DNA of 64,000 bases from an uncultured Armatimonadetes bacterium (GTDB taxonomy: Bacteria > Armatimonadota > UBA5829 > DTJY01): positions 832,001-896,000 of the forward strand of contig OY970325.1 of NCBI GenBank assembly GCA_963717145.1, in the 5' to 3' direction. A program made the position numbers and the translations under genes. Below are positions 18,615 to 28,441 of the stretch, piece by piece (positions within the stretch are counted from its first letter, which is position 1; every line of letters starts with the position of its first letter). The notes under the pieces are model-generated. The model ran no database searches, had not been told where the DNA came from, and worked only from the letters and a program-made list of their open reading frames with translations.

Positions 18615-21600
18615 ATGCCTTTTACTCACCTGCATGTACATTCGAACTTTTCGTTCCTGGACGGAGGGAACTCGGTCGAGACGCTGATCGATCGGGCCAG
18701 GGAGATCGGCTGCGATTCGCTTGCCGTCACGGATCACAACGGCCTCTACGGCGCGGTCCGATTCTACGACTACGCCCGGAAGGCCGGGATCAAGCCGATC
18801 ATCGGCGCTGAGATGGCGATGGAGAGCGGCCACCACATCGTCCTGCTGGCGAAGAACCTCTCCGGCTACTCGAACCTCTGCAAGATCGTCACCCGCGCGC
18901 ACCTTTCCCACGAGAAGGGCCATGCCGCCGTCAGCTTTGAAGTCCTCGGCCGCCATAAGGGCGACCTGTTCTGTCTCTCGGGATGCCGCAGGGGCGAGGT
19001 CACGTCCCTCCTCCGCGATGGATGCCCCGATGCCGCGAGGAAGCCGCATCACGATACGCCGAGATCTTCGGCGCGAGCTTCTTCATCGAGATGCAGAACC
19101 ACCTCCTGCCCGGGACCGCGCTTCTCAACCAGGAACTCCATTCCCTGGCGGAGAAGCTCAAGCTCGGAGTGCGTGGCGACGAACAATGTCCACTATGCCC
19201 GGAAGGACGACTTCAAGGTGCAGGACATCCTCGCCTGCGTGCAGACGATCACCACGCTCGACGACCGCCATCCGATCCGCAAGCGGAACTGCGAGTACTA
19301 CCTGAAGTCACCAAAGACGATGGCGAACTTCTTCGTAGCATATCCCCAAGCCCTGATCACCGCCGCCGACATCGCTCAGGCAGTGCAACCTCGATCTTGG
19401 GCTCGGCACGTATCGGTTTCCCGACTTCCCGGTCCCGAAAGGCGAGACGGCCTACAGCTACCTGTGCAAGTTGTGCTTCGAAGGACTACAAAACTTATAC
19501 AAACCTATCACCCCGGAGGCCACGAAGCGCCTCCAGCACGAGCTGTCGATTATCTACGACCTCGGGTTCGCCGAGTACTTCCTCGTGATCTGGGATATCG
19601 TCCGCCAGGCGAGGGATATGGGCATCCGGTGCTCCGGACGTGGATCGGCGGCCGACTCGATGGTCGCCTACTGCCTGGGCATCACGATCGTCGATCCGCT
19701 CGAGCACAACCTGCTGTTCGAGCGGTTCCTCAACCCCGAGCGCAAGGGCATGCCGGATATCGACATCGACTTCGATGCCGCCCGGCGCGACGAGGTGATC
19801 GAGTACATCTACAAGCGCTACGGCGAGGACAAGGTCGCGATGGTCTGCACGGTGAGCACGCTCTGCGCGAAGTCGGCGATCCGTGACGTCGGCAAGGCGA
19901 TGGACTTCCCACAGGAGGAGATCGACTCGCCTGGCATCCGCGTTTGCCCCACACCGCACGCCAAGCGCATCCGGGAGGCGATGGACAAGCTGCCCGAGCT
20001 TCGGGACGGCAACCTGCTCGATCGAGCAAGATGGAGACCCTGGTGGACATCTGCGAGAAGGTCGACGGCTTCCCCCGGCATCTCAGCGTCCACCTCGGCG
20101 GAGCTGGTGATCAGCCGCGGACTGCTCACCGACCTCGTGCCGCTGGAATGGGCGACCAAGGGCGTGATCGTCTCGCAGTTCGACAAGGACGACATCGAGA
20201 CGCTCGGCCTGGTGAAGATGGACATCCTCGGCCTGCGCAACCTCTCGGCGATCGAGGATGCGCTGGCTATTGATCAAGGAGAACCACGGCATCGACCTCG
20301 ACATCGACAACCTCCCGCTCGACGATCCCAAGGTCTATGAGATGCTGCGGACCACCAATACGGTCGGCCTGCTTCCAGGTCGAGTCGCCCGGGATGCGCG
20401 GGCTGCTCGGACGGCTGCAGCCGACGGAGTTCGACGACATCATCGCGCAGATCTCGCTCTTCCGCCCGGGCCCGATGCAGGCGGACATGATCAACCCGTT
20501 CATCACGCGGCGGCACGGCGAGGAGCCGATCACGTACCTGCATCCGAGCCTCGAACCGGTGCTCAAGGAGACCTACGGCGTCATCCTCTACCAGGAGCAG
20601 GTGCCTGCGGGTATCGCAGCGCGCTCGCCGGATTCACGCTCGGGCCAGGCGGATTCGCTCCGGCGCGCCATGACCACCGATCGCTCGCAGGAGGAGATGG
20701 AGAAGATCCGTGAGACCTTCGTCAATGGTGCGCTCAAGAACGGCGTCGATGAGGAGATCGCTGAGGAGGTCTTCTCGCAGCTCAGGGCGTTCGCGGCCTA
20801 CGGGTTCTGCAAGGCGCACGCCGCCTCGTTCGCCAAGATCGCCTATCAGACCGCCTACCTGAAGGCCCACTACCCGGCCGGAGTTCCTGGCCGGAATCCT
20901 CTGCAACGAGCCGATGGGCTTCTACCCGGCGAACGTGATCGTCGAGGAGGCCCGCCGGATCGGCATCGGCATCCTCGGCGTCGATGTCAACCGCAGTCGG
21001 AAGAAGTTCAGCGTCGAGGAGGGCAGAATCCGCATCGGCCTGATGCAGGTGAAGGGAATCAGTGACGCGGCGATCGAATCGATAGAAGGTGTGAGGGTCG
21101 AGCGGGAGTTCGACTCGTTCAGCGACTTCTGCCGGCGGACGAGGGTCGATCGCCCGGTGATCGAGAACCTGATCAATTGCGGCGCGTTCGAGTCCTTCGG
21201 CCATCCGCGTGGGAAGCTGCTGTGGCTGCTGGGGGAGAAGGTGTTGGGTGTTGGGTGTCAGGTGTTAGGGGTCCGGAATCCCGGTTCCCCAACACCGAAC
21301 ACCCAACACCCAACACCCGATCTGCTCGAGATCAACGCCGACGACCAACTCGCCGACCTGCCGGATGTGCCCGAGCCGCCGATGCACGTCCGGGTGCGGA
21401 TGGACTACGAGATCCTCGGCCTCTCGCCGCTCTGCCATCCGATGGTCTTCTACCGGGATACGCTCGCCCAAGCGGGTATCGTCAAGAGCACCGAGGCGAA
21501 AGAGAAGCCCGGCGGATCGATCATCAAGGTCGCAGGAGTCGTGGTCACGTGTATGCGTCCGCCGACAAAGTCGGGGGTCATCGTGGTCTTCGTCACGCTG

Positions 21601-21864
21601 GAAGACGAGTTCGGCCTCGTGGACTCGGTGATCTTCCCGAAGGTCTACGAGCAATACGGGCCGGTGATCTTCAACAGCCCCGGCCTGATCATCGAGGGCA
21701 AGGTCGAGCGGATGGGCAAGCGCGGGCTTTCGATCATCGCGAGGAAGATATGGCCGCTCACTCCCGAATATAGGAATGAGGGCATCGAGGCCGACTCGCA
21801 GGGCTACCGCGAGCGAAAACGTTCCGCCGGCCAGCGCTCCTGGGTAAAGAGCCAGGGAGTCTGA
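18615..21864 (+). CDS. dnaE2: DNA polymerase III alpha homologue, probably error-prone DnaE2; about 11 frameshifts in 19040-20880
   Basis: HLHVHSNFSFLDG, TDHNGLYG, VATNNVHY, GRGSAADS, MPDIDIDF, LVKMDILGL, AYGFCKAHA, PMGFYP, OB fold RPPTKSG..FVTLEDEFG; SOS cassette context. Confidence 0.85.
21240..21317. repeat. Inverted heptamer array inside dnaE2, in frame
   Basis: (ggtgtNN)x4 - spacer - (Naacacc)x4, 78 nt, reads VLGVGCQVLGVRNPGSPTPNTQHPT. Confidence 0.9.
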
Positions 21865-21886
21865 TATGGCTCTTTACCCAGGAGCG
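21835..21886. terminator. 20-bp perfect hairpin spanning the dnaE2 stop
   Basis: cgctcctgggtaaagagcca / tggctctttacccaggagcg; no U tract, so the terminator role is uncertain. Confidence 0.5.
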
Positions 21887-21973
21887 GAGCCAGCACATCT
21901 CTGACTCTCCGGGTGGAGACTGTCAACGATCACCGCTTGCCACCACCGCCTGTGCTCCGGTACAATCGGCAAT

Positions 21974-22942
21974 GTGGAAACCGGTGATGTATCCAGAGTC
22001 CAGCATCGAGTTTCGAGGCGGCGGCTTGCGGACGCGCTCGGGGCGTATGCGTTCCTGCTGCCGAACCTGATCGGCTTCCTGGCGTTCACGTTTCTCCCGA
22101 TCCTGGCGTCGCTCGCACTGAGCCTCACGAACTGGGACGTCCTCCAGCCGCTCGGGGCGAAGAACTACGTCGGCCTGAGCAACTTCGGCGAGCTGCTCGG
22201 ATTCCATCGGGAGGCCGGACAGCTCATCGCCAACGATCCCGACTTCTGGAAGTACCTCTGGAACACGCTCTTTCTGATGCTTGGCATCCCGCTCGGGGTC
22301 GCCGGATCGCTCGTCACCGCGCTGCTGCTCAACCAGAAGATTCGCGGCGTCACCGTCTTCCGCACGATCTACTTCCTGCCGAGCATCTGCTCCGGCGTGG
22401 CGGTGGCGCTTCTCTGGCGGTGGATCTACAATCCCGAGTACGGCCTGCTGAACGCGTTCCTCCTGAAGCTCATCCACCTCAGGGAAGCGCCGATGTGGCT
22501 CTTCGACCCGGCGCTCGCGAAACCGTCGCTGATCATCATGGGCCTCTGGGCGGGGATCGGCGGGATGAACTGCCTGCTCTACCTCGCCGGCCTCCAGGGA
22601 ATCCCGCAGGAGTACTACGAGGCGGCCGACATCGACGGCGCGGGCTCGTGGATGAAGTTCCGGCACATCACCTGGAAGCTGCTCAGCCCGACGACCTTCT
22701 TCATCGCGGTGATGAGCATCATCGGCGGTTTCCAGGGTGGATTCATGCAGGCGTTCCTGATGACGAGCGGCGGGCCGGCGGGCTCGACCACGACGATCAT
22801 GTACTACATCTACAACAACGCGTTCGGCGGCTTCTACCGCATGGGATACGCCTGCGCGATCGCATGGGTGCTCTTCATGCTGGTGCTCGGCTTCACGATC
22901 ATCAACTGGCGAGTCGGCTCGAAGCTCGTACACTATTCGTAG
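21974..22942 (+). CDS. Sugar ABC permease (MalF-like)
   Basis: FLLPNLIGF, YVGLSNF, FRTIYFLP, YEAADIDGA. Confidence 0.95.
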   Translation: METGDVSRVQHRVSRRRLADALGAYAFLLPNLIGFLAFTFLPILASLALSLTNWDVLQPLGAKNYVGLSNFGELLGFHREAGQLIANDPDFWKYLWNTLFLMLGIPLGVAGSLVTALLLNQKIRGVTVFRTIYFLPSICSGVAVALLWRWIYNPEYGLLNAFLLKLIHLREAPMWLFDPALAKPSLIIMGLWAGIGGMNCLLYLAGLQGIPQEYYEAADIDGAGSWMKFRHITWKLLSPTTFFIAVMSIIGGFQGGFMQAFLMTSGGPAGSTTTIMYYIYNNAFGGFYRMGYACAIAWVLFMLVLGFTIINWRVGSKLVHYS

Positions 22943-23046
22943 GAACACAGATGGCACAGATGGCGGAGGATAGAACAGATGGGATTTTGATTGAAGACCA
23001 GAATTGCATCTGCTCAATCCGCTTTTCATCTGTTCCATCTGTGTTC
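22943..23046. repeat. Inverted 9/10-mer array
   Basis: gaacacagatggcacagatggcggaggatagaacagatg ... catctgttccatctgtgttc. Confidence 0.85.
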
Positions 23047-23056
23047 TAAAGGCTTT

Positions 23057-24121
23057 ATGAAACTCAAGGCGCGCATACTCAGCATACTGGTGTTCATCAT
23101 CCTCGCGGCGGGCGGGGTGACCATGCTCGCGCCTCTGGTGTGGATGATCTCGACCTCGCTGAAGGAACAGGGGGAGGTCTTCCGCTTCCCGCCGAAGTGG
23201 GTCCCGAGCGAGCAGGTCGTCGTGCGCGAGGGCGATCGGTACCTCAAGCAGGCGTGGCTCGAACAGGACGGCCGGCGGATCAAGGTTGTCCGACTTCTGG
23301 AGAAGAAGTCATATACCGTCGTCCGAGCGGAGAACGGCGAAACCCTGACCGTCCCGCGAAGGGACCTGATCCCCGTCGAGCGCACCAAGTTCGTCTGGTC
23401 GAACTACTCGCGCGCATGGAAGGCGTTCCCGGTCGATGAGGCGCTCTTCGGGCTGGTGAAGAATGCGGACGGCTTCCTGGTCTGGTATATCAACAGCCTG
23501 GTCGTCGCGTTCTGCATCATGTTCGGGCAATTGCTTACGAGTTCGCTCGCGGCATATGCGTTCGCGCGGTTGACGTTCCCGGGGCGGGACAAGCTGTTCC
23601 TGGGCTACCTGGCGACGATGATGGTGCCCGGCGTCGTGACGATGATCCCGGTCTTCGTCCTGCTGAAGTACCTCGACGCGTGGACCGGCGTGCCCTGGCG
23701 CGACACGTACAAGGCGCTGATCCTGCCGGGGATGTTCTCGGCGTATGGGACGTTCATGCTGCGGCAGTTCTTCCTGACGATCCCGAAGGACCTGGAGGAC
23801 GCGGCGCGGATCGACGGCTGCACGAAGCTCGGGGTCTATCGGAACGTGATCCTGCCGCTCAGCAAGCCGGCGCTGGCGACCCTGGCGACGATCATCTTCA
23901 TGGGCTCGTGGAACGACTTCATGTGGCCGCTGATTGTCACCGACAGCACGGGAATGAAGACGCTCCCGGTCGGCTTGGCGTCGTTCCAGGGGCAGTACAA
24001 CACCGACTGGACGATGCTGATGGCGGCCTCGATCATCGTGCTGCTGCCGGTACTGCTGGTGTTCATCTTCAACCAGCGGTTCTTCGTCCGCGGGATCGTG
24101 ATGAGTGGACTGAAGGCTTGA
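23057..24121 (+). CDS. Carbohydrate ABC permease (MalG-like)
   Basis: AAYAFARL.FPGRD, LEDAARIDG, WNDFMWPL. Confidence 0.95.
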   Translation: MKLKARILSILVFIILAAGGVTMLAPLVWMISTSLKEQGEVFRFPPKWVPSEQVVVREGDRYLKQAWLEQDGRRIKVVRLLEKKSYTVVRAENGETLTVPRRDLIPVERTKFVWSNYSRAWKAFPVDEALFGLVKNADGFLVWYINSLVVAFCIMFGQLLTSSLAAYAFARLTFPGRDKLFLGYLATMMVPGVVTMIPVFVLLKYLDAWTGVPWRDTYKALILPGMFSAYGTFMLRQFFLTIPKDLEDAARIDGCTKLGVYRNVILPLSKPALATLATIIFMGSWNDFMWPLIVTDSTGMKTLPVGLASFQGQYNTDWTMLMAASIIVLLPVLLVFIFNQRFFVRGIVMSGLKA

Positions 24122-24145
24122 ACCGCACATTTGGGAGGGACAATC

Positions 24146-24775
24146 ATGGCCAAGAGAAACATACGCGATCGTCTGATCAATACGGTCATCGGCGCTGCCG
24201 CTGTGCTGATCACCTACTGGGCATTGCAGAACACCGTGATCGGTTTCTGGCTCGAAAACAGGCATATGCCGAGTAACATATACGAGGCGGCGATGGTCGG
24301 TAGCGTTGGCAGGATAACGCACTACCTGGACAGCGGCGTCCGTGTGAATGATCGAGACCCGGACAGCGGGATGACAGCACTTCACTATGCTGCTCTCAAA
24401 GGCAAGACACGGGCGGTGAAGTTCCTGATAGCACGTGGAGCAGACGTCAACGTGGCCGATCCTTCAGGCGACACGCCTCTTCACCTGGCAGCGGGGGGAG
24501 GACATGCGGACGTTGCGGACATACTGCTGTCGAAGGGTGCGGATATCAACGCTCTGGGTGAGCACTATCGGTACACTCCGCTCAATACGGCGTTGCGTGC
24601 AATGGAGATGCGGCATGGCAGGGTCAACACCCGTGACGTAGTTCGGCTTCTCATATCACGAGGCGCTGATCCGAATATCAGGGATGTCAGCAAGATGACC
24701 CCACTCAAGATTGCAGAGCGGGCCGGGTTCAAGGATATCGCTGCCGACCTGCGCAAGCACGGTGCTAAGCCTTAG
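24146..24775 (+). CDS. Membrane-anchored ankyrin-repeat protein
   Basis: GMTALHYAA, GDTPLHLAA, GADVN/GADIN/GADPN; N-terminal TM helix. Confidence 0.92.
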   Translation: MAKRNIRDRLINTVIGAAAVLITYWALQNTVIGFWLENRHMPSNIYEAAMVGSVGRITHYLDSGVRVNDRDPDSGMTALHYAALKGKTRAVKFLIARGADVNVADPSGDTPLHLAAGGGHADVADILLSKGADINALGEHYRYTPLNTALRAMEMRHGRVNTRDVVRLLISRGADPNIRDVSKMTPLKIAERAGFKDIAADLRKHGAKP

Positions 24776-25016
24776 GTCTGCCATCAGCGAGACCCTTGAG
24801 CATTCGCCCGTACTTCTTGTTGCCCTTATCCAGCGCCGCCTCTACGCGCTCGGTATGGACAGCGATCTGCTCGGGCGCGGCAGGCTCGATGATCAGCTTC
24901 GAGCCGTCCGTAGTGATCGACACCCAGGACTCTATGCCTAGAAGGTCCATCGTGCTCTTGTCGAGCACCAGCGCACGGCTGTTTCCGTGTCTAGTCAGCT
25001 TCTTGACGACCGGCAT
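24765..25016 (-). CDS. AbrB/MazE/SpoVT-type antitoxin-like protein, no adjacent toxin
   Basis: KKLTRHGNSRALVLDK, ITTDG..LIIEP, C-terminal KYG.ML..LA. Confidence 0.85.
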   Translation of the reverse strand: MPVVKKLTRHGNSRALVLDKSTMDLLGIESWVSITTDGSKLIIEPAAPEQIAVHTERVEAALDKGNKKYGRMLKGLADGRPKA

Positions 25017-25052
25017 TCTCTCCACCTCGTTTCGTGCATACATCGTGAATAC

Positions 25053-25080
25053 ATTGTACCACGATCGGACGGATTGTCAA
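25053..25080 (-). promoter_or_regulatory. sigma70-like promoter of the antitoxin-like gene
   Basis: TTGACA-16 bp-TACAAT with TGn. Confidence 0.65.
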
Positions 25081-25155
25081 TACTACCGCGCAGGAGAATG
25101 CCTGCACCTCGGCGAAAGGCTCTCAGGCGCAGTGTGCTCCAAAAGGAGGCAGGAA

Positions 25156-26421
25156 GTGGCAAGAGCATATATCACCCTGGCGATGGTCATGCTCATCGCG
25201 TGCACGGCAAAGGGAGAGGACCAGGTCCAGGTCAAGGACGGCATCGTCATGCCGCGCCGACCTGTGTGTGAAGCCATCGCCGACGCCATGAAGTTCCTGA
25301 AGAAGGCCGACGGCGCTTACGTGCCGGGCAAGATCGACGGCGAACTGGCCGGCTACTTCCTCAGCGCCCACGTCAACGCCGATGGGTCGCGGGTGGATCG
25401 GCAGCTCGCATTCCCCGCGCGCCAGCATGCCTACTTCATTCGCACGTTCCTCCTGTGGCGCAAACACACCGGCGAGGACGAATGGCTCGTCCGGGCGCGC
25501 GATCTCGCCGACTGGAATCTGGCCCATTCCACTCCGGCCGACGCCCACTATCCGCATCTCCCGTACTCGGCATATGTCGACGGCAAACCCACGGGCTCGG
25601 GGGATCTGAACAGCACCGAGCCGGACAAGGCGGCCTGGATCGGAAGCGCCTACATCGCCCTGTGCGACGCCACCTCCGAGAAGAAGTATCTCACCGCCGC
25701 AAAGGCCGTCGCCAACACCCTGGTCAAGCGCCAGAATGCGGATGGAAGCTGGCCGTTCCGTGTGATCCCCGGGGACGGCAAGGTCTATCAGGAGTTCGGG
25801 GGCGCGCCGGTCTTCTTCGTCCAGTTCTTCGAGGACATGCTGCGTTACGATAAGAAGTCCGCCTACGAGAAGGCGCACGACCAGGCGCTGAAGCTCATGA
25901 TCGATCGGAACGTCGAGAAGGACCTCTGGGGCACGTACCACGAGGACGTCAAGCTGAAGCCCGAGAACAAGTACTCCGCCGAGCCGATGTGCTTCACGGC
26001 GGACTACCTGTTCCGCAACGCGAAGGCGCACCCCGAGTACATCGAGATGGGCCGCCGCATCCTCGGTCGACTGGAGGGGCGACTGGTTCACACCGAGGGA
26101 CACCCCGCCGCACCCGCGCCCGCGGTTTCCGAGCAGGAGGGCTTCGAGCACATGATGCCGGGCCACACGGCGCGGTACTGCCTGGCGCTGGCCGACCTCT
26201 ATGCCGCCACGGGTGACAAGGACGCCAAACGCAAGGCGCTCTCCGGCATCAACGCGCTCACCTACATGCAGTCGCCGGCCGGACTCTTCGCCACGTTCTT
26301 CCAGAAGGTGAACGAGAAAGAGGGCGCGAAGCCGAGGCCGAACTGGTACTCCCAGCACCTCTATACCGTCTGCCACGTGCTCGAAGCGCTGCCGCTCCTG
26401 CCTGAGATTCGGAAGGAGTAA
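25156..26421 (+). CDS. Secreted alpha/alpha-toroid protein (glycosidase/lyase-like)
   Basis: GTG after AGGAGG; signal peptide; KKYL.AAK.VA..L...QNADGSW repeat pattern. Confidence 0.6.
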   Translation: MARAYITLAMVMLIACTAKGEDQVQVKDGIVMPRRPVCEAIADAMKFLKKADGAYVPGKIDGELAGYFLSAHVNADGSRVDRQLAFPARQHAYFIRTFLLWRKHTGEDEWLVRARDLADWNLAHSTPADAHYPHLPYSAYVDGKPTGSGDLNSTEPDKAAWIGSAYIALCDATSEKKYLTAAKAVANTLVKRQNADGSWPFRVIPGDGKVYQEFGGAPVFFVQFFEDMLRYDKKSAYEKAHDQALKLMIDRNVEKDLWGTYHEDVKLKPENKYSAEPMCFTADYLFRNAKAHPEYIEMGRRILGRLEGRLVHTEGHPAAPAPAVSEQEGFEHMMPGHTARYCLALADLYAATGDKDAKRKALSGINALTYMQSPAGLFATFFQKVNEKEGAKPRPNWYSQHLYTVCHVLEALPLLPEIRKE

Positions 26422-26564
26422 CCGCTGATGAACGCAGATGGACGCAGATGGGGTGTTAGGTGTTCGGGAAGTAGTAACCGCCGATGAACGCGGATGGACG
26501 CAGATGCCGGATTCCGGCTTTTCCGTCCATCCGCGTTCATTTGCGTTCATCGGCGGTTACTACT
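26420..26564. repeat. Composite: 10-mer arm + GGTGTT heptamers + complete inverted 10-mer element
   Basis: accgctgatg aacgcagatg gacgcagatg; ggtgtta ggtgttc; agtagtaaccgccgatgaacgc...gcgttcatcggcggttactact (26470-26564). Confidence 0.85.
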
Positions 26565-26571
26565 CAATGGC

Positions 26572-27219
26572 CTATCCCCCCGCGGCGACCGTCTGCTCGG
26601 GGGAGAACGCGCCGATGTCCGACTCGCGGGTCGCGCGGTAGGCCACCTTGTACGTCGCATCCACCGCCGGGCCGCTGACCGTATCGACATACGGCGACGA
26701 GGTGTCGTAGGCGATCATGTGGAAGTCCGACTCGCCCGTTGTCTTCCGCCAAATCACGCACCCTCGCGCCCAATCCGGCTTGCCGTTGTGAAGCTCGTTC
26801 GAGGCGTCCGTCCCGAAATGGACGATCACCTGGCCGGGCTTCGTCTCCAGGAACACGCTCGGGACATCCACGCCGACCGACGAAGAGGTATGCTCGCTCG
26901 GAACGGTGATCCCCAGCATCCCTCTGAGCTGGTTGCCCATCCCCGGATGGTTCTGGATTCGGCGCACGAGCGGCCGCAGGACCGCCTCGAAGGCAGCGCG
27001 CTGGGTCTTCTTCAATTCTATCGCGGACTTCGCGAGGGCCTGCTGCTGAATCTGGTTGGTCACCGCGCCGGAGAAGCTGTCCTGTGCGGACGTCAGCGGG
27101 ACAAGGTCCGCCGCGACGAGGCCCACGACACCCATATTGGTGTTCAAAACGTCTGCGAAGTTGACCGCCCAAGTGACGAACTCGGAGTCACTGACTGGAA
27201 TGTACTTAGTTCCCGGCAT
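26572..27219 (-). CDS. Hypothetical protein, helical N-terminus plus FN3-like C-terminus
   Basis: GGAGG RBS; YIP.SD.EF..W..NF start; KP.WA.G..IW, SPY.D, Y...Y......G.FS end. Confidence 0.7.
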   Translation of the reverse strand: MPGTKYIPVSDSEFVTWAVNFADVLNTNMGVVGLVAADLVPLTSAQDSFSGAVTNQIQQQALAKSAIELKKTQRAAFEAVLRPLVRRIQNHPGMGNQLRGMLGITVPSEHTSSSVGVDVPSVFLETKPGQVIVHFGTDASNELHNGKPDWARGCVIWRKTTGESDFHMIAYDTSSPYVDTVSGPAVDATYKVAYRATRESDIGAFSPEQTVAAGG

Positions 27220-27239
27220 CTGTATTGCCTCCTGATGTT

Positions 27240-27407
27240 AGAATCGGTGTCGCTCCCCACGATCGCTGAGTCGCATTCGCCGCGGTCCGAGTCGCGAACG
27301 GCGATTGCGACGGCGCAGTTGGCGTTCGCGACGCATTCCCCGGCGCTCGCGACGGCGCAAGTATGCCATGCGACCTCGCTCCCGCCGATCGCGACGGCGC
27401 GTGCCTT
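27240..27407. repeat. Degenerate 21-bp tandem array (8 units)
   Basis: GCGAC recurs at 21-bp phase: gattgcgacggcgcagttggc, gttcgcgacgcattccccggc, gctcgcgacggcgcaagtatg, gatcgcgacggcgcgtgcctt. Confidence 0.7.
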
Positions 27408-27472
27408 GTGTGACGAGCTACTATCATCATTATCGGCGTCTCGTCGAGCGTTCTGCAGGTATATTTGCGGGG

Positions 27473-28432
27473 TTACGGCCGTTCAGCGCGGTCCTCTTCG
27501 TTCCCCAAAGTCTGCGCGAACAACACCTTACCCAGTGCAAGCGCCTGAAGCATGACTTCTTCCAGATCAGAGAGAGCCCCGATGGTGGGAAGTAGGTATT
27601 TGAACATGCTAGTTACGCTAGCAGGCACGAGAGCAAAGTCACCCGCTTCCTTTCGCTGGTCAAACATGAACCATTTCTCGCGCAGCACGACATACGCTTT
27701 GAGCTTTGCCCCCAATAGACCTACCATAACATCCGTGGGCTGAAAGGAAGATGCTTCGTATATTTCCCAGAGGCCACGCAAGAACTGGTTATGCCATGCA
27801 AACTCTTGCACCCACCAGAAGAATGCGTCCTGGAATTCCTCAGGCTTGACAAAGCCCCCCTGGACCTCCAGGGCAAGGTCCACGCACCTCCGATGAAGCG
27901 CAGAGGTATGAAACACCAGCCTAGTGAGGTGGGTGCGCTGTGAGAGATTCGATAGCTCCGCCATCAGGTGTGAGTAGTAGGGGCCAACGTATGCAGGTAC
28001 TTCATTGGCAAACAAGGCATCATCTCCATTACTGCGGAGAATCATGCGCACTTTCCGTTGGCTGTCGACGGATCGTGGGTAGTCGGGATAGGCGCGCTCC
28101 AACCACTCGAACCAGAACCGTCTTGTATGTGTATCCACCAGGACAACGACCACCGGGGGGAGTTTCCCCAGCCAGTAGTTGATCGTTGCTTGCGGAATCG
28201 TCACAGCTGTTGTCAGTTTCCGAGGGTCCTTGACGCTTATCTTGCCCTTCACCTGTACGTAGAACTCCTCGCCTGTGACGCTACCGTCTCGCGTCAGTTC
28301 AACGCGCAGATCAAGGCCATAGTCCGGCTGAAGGCTCGATATGACCCATTCGGATGGACAGAGTGACATAAAGATGCGTACAGCTTCGTCGCCGATAATG
28401 TGACTTGGAGGCCGCTGGGGAAAGCTTGGCAT
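27473..28432 (-). CDS. DUF4365-domain (PD-(D/E)XK-like) protein
   Basis: PDYGLDLRVEL, G.EFYVQVKG, TINYW....PVVVVLVD. Confidence 0.85.
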   Translation of the reverse strand: MPSFPQRPPSHIIGDEAVRIFMSLCPSEWVISSLQPDYGLDLRVELTRDGSVTGEEFYVQVKGKISVKDPRKLTTAVTIPQATINYWLGKLPPVVVVLVDTHTRRFWFEWLERAYPDYPRSVDSQRKVRMILRSNGDDALFANEVPAYVGPYYSHLMAELSNLSQRTHLTRLVFHTSALHRRCVDLALEVQGGFVKPEEFQDAFFWWVQEFAWHNQFLRGLWEIYEASSFQPTDVMVGLLGAKLKAYVVLREKWFMFDQRKEAGDFALVPASVTSMFKYLLPTIGALSDLEEVMLQALALGKVLFAQTLGNEEDRAERP

Positions 28433-28441
28433 CAGCCGTTC

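Noticed and set aside
18615-21864. Programmed frameshifting, intein or split dnaE
   Set aside because: Many shifts in both directions with no slippery-site pattern or intein motifs; sequencing error or decay is simpler.
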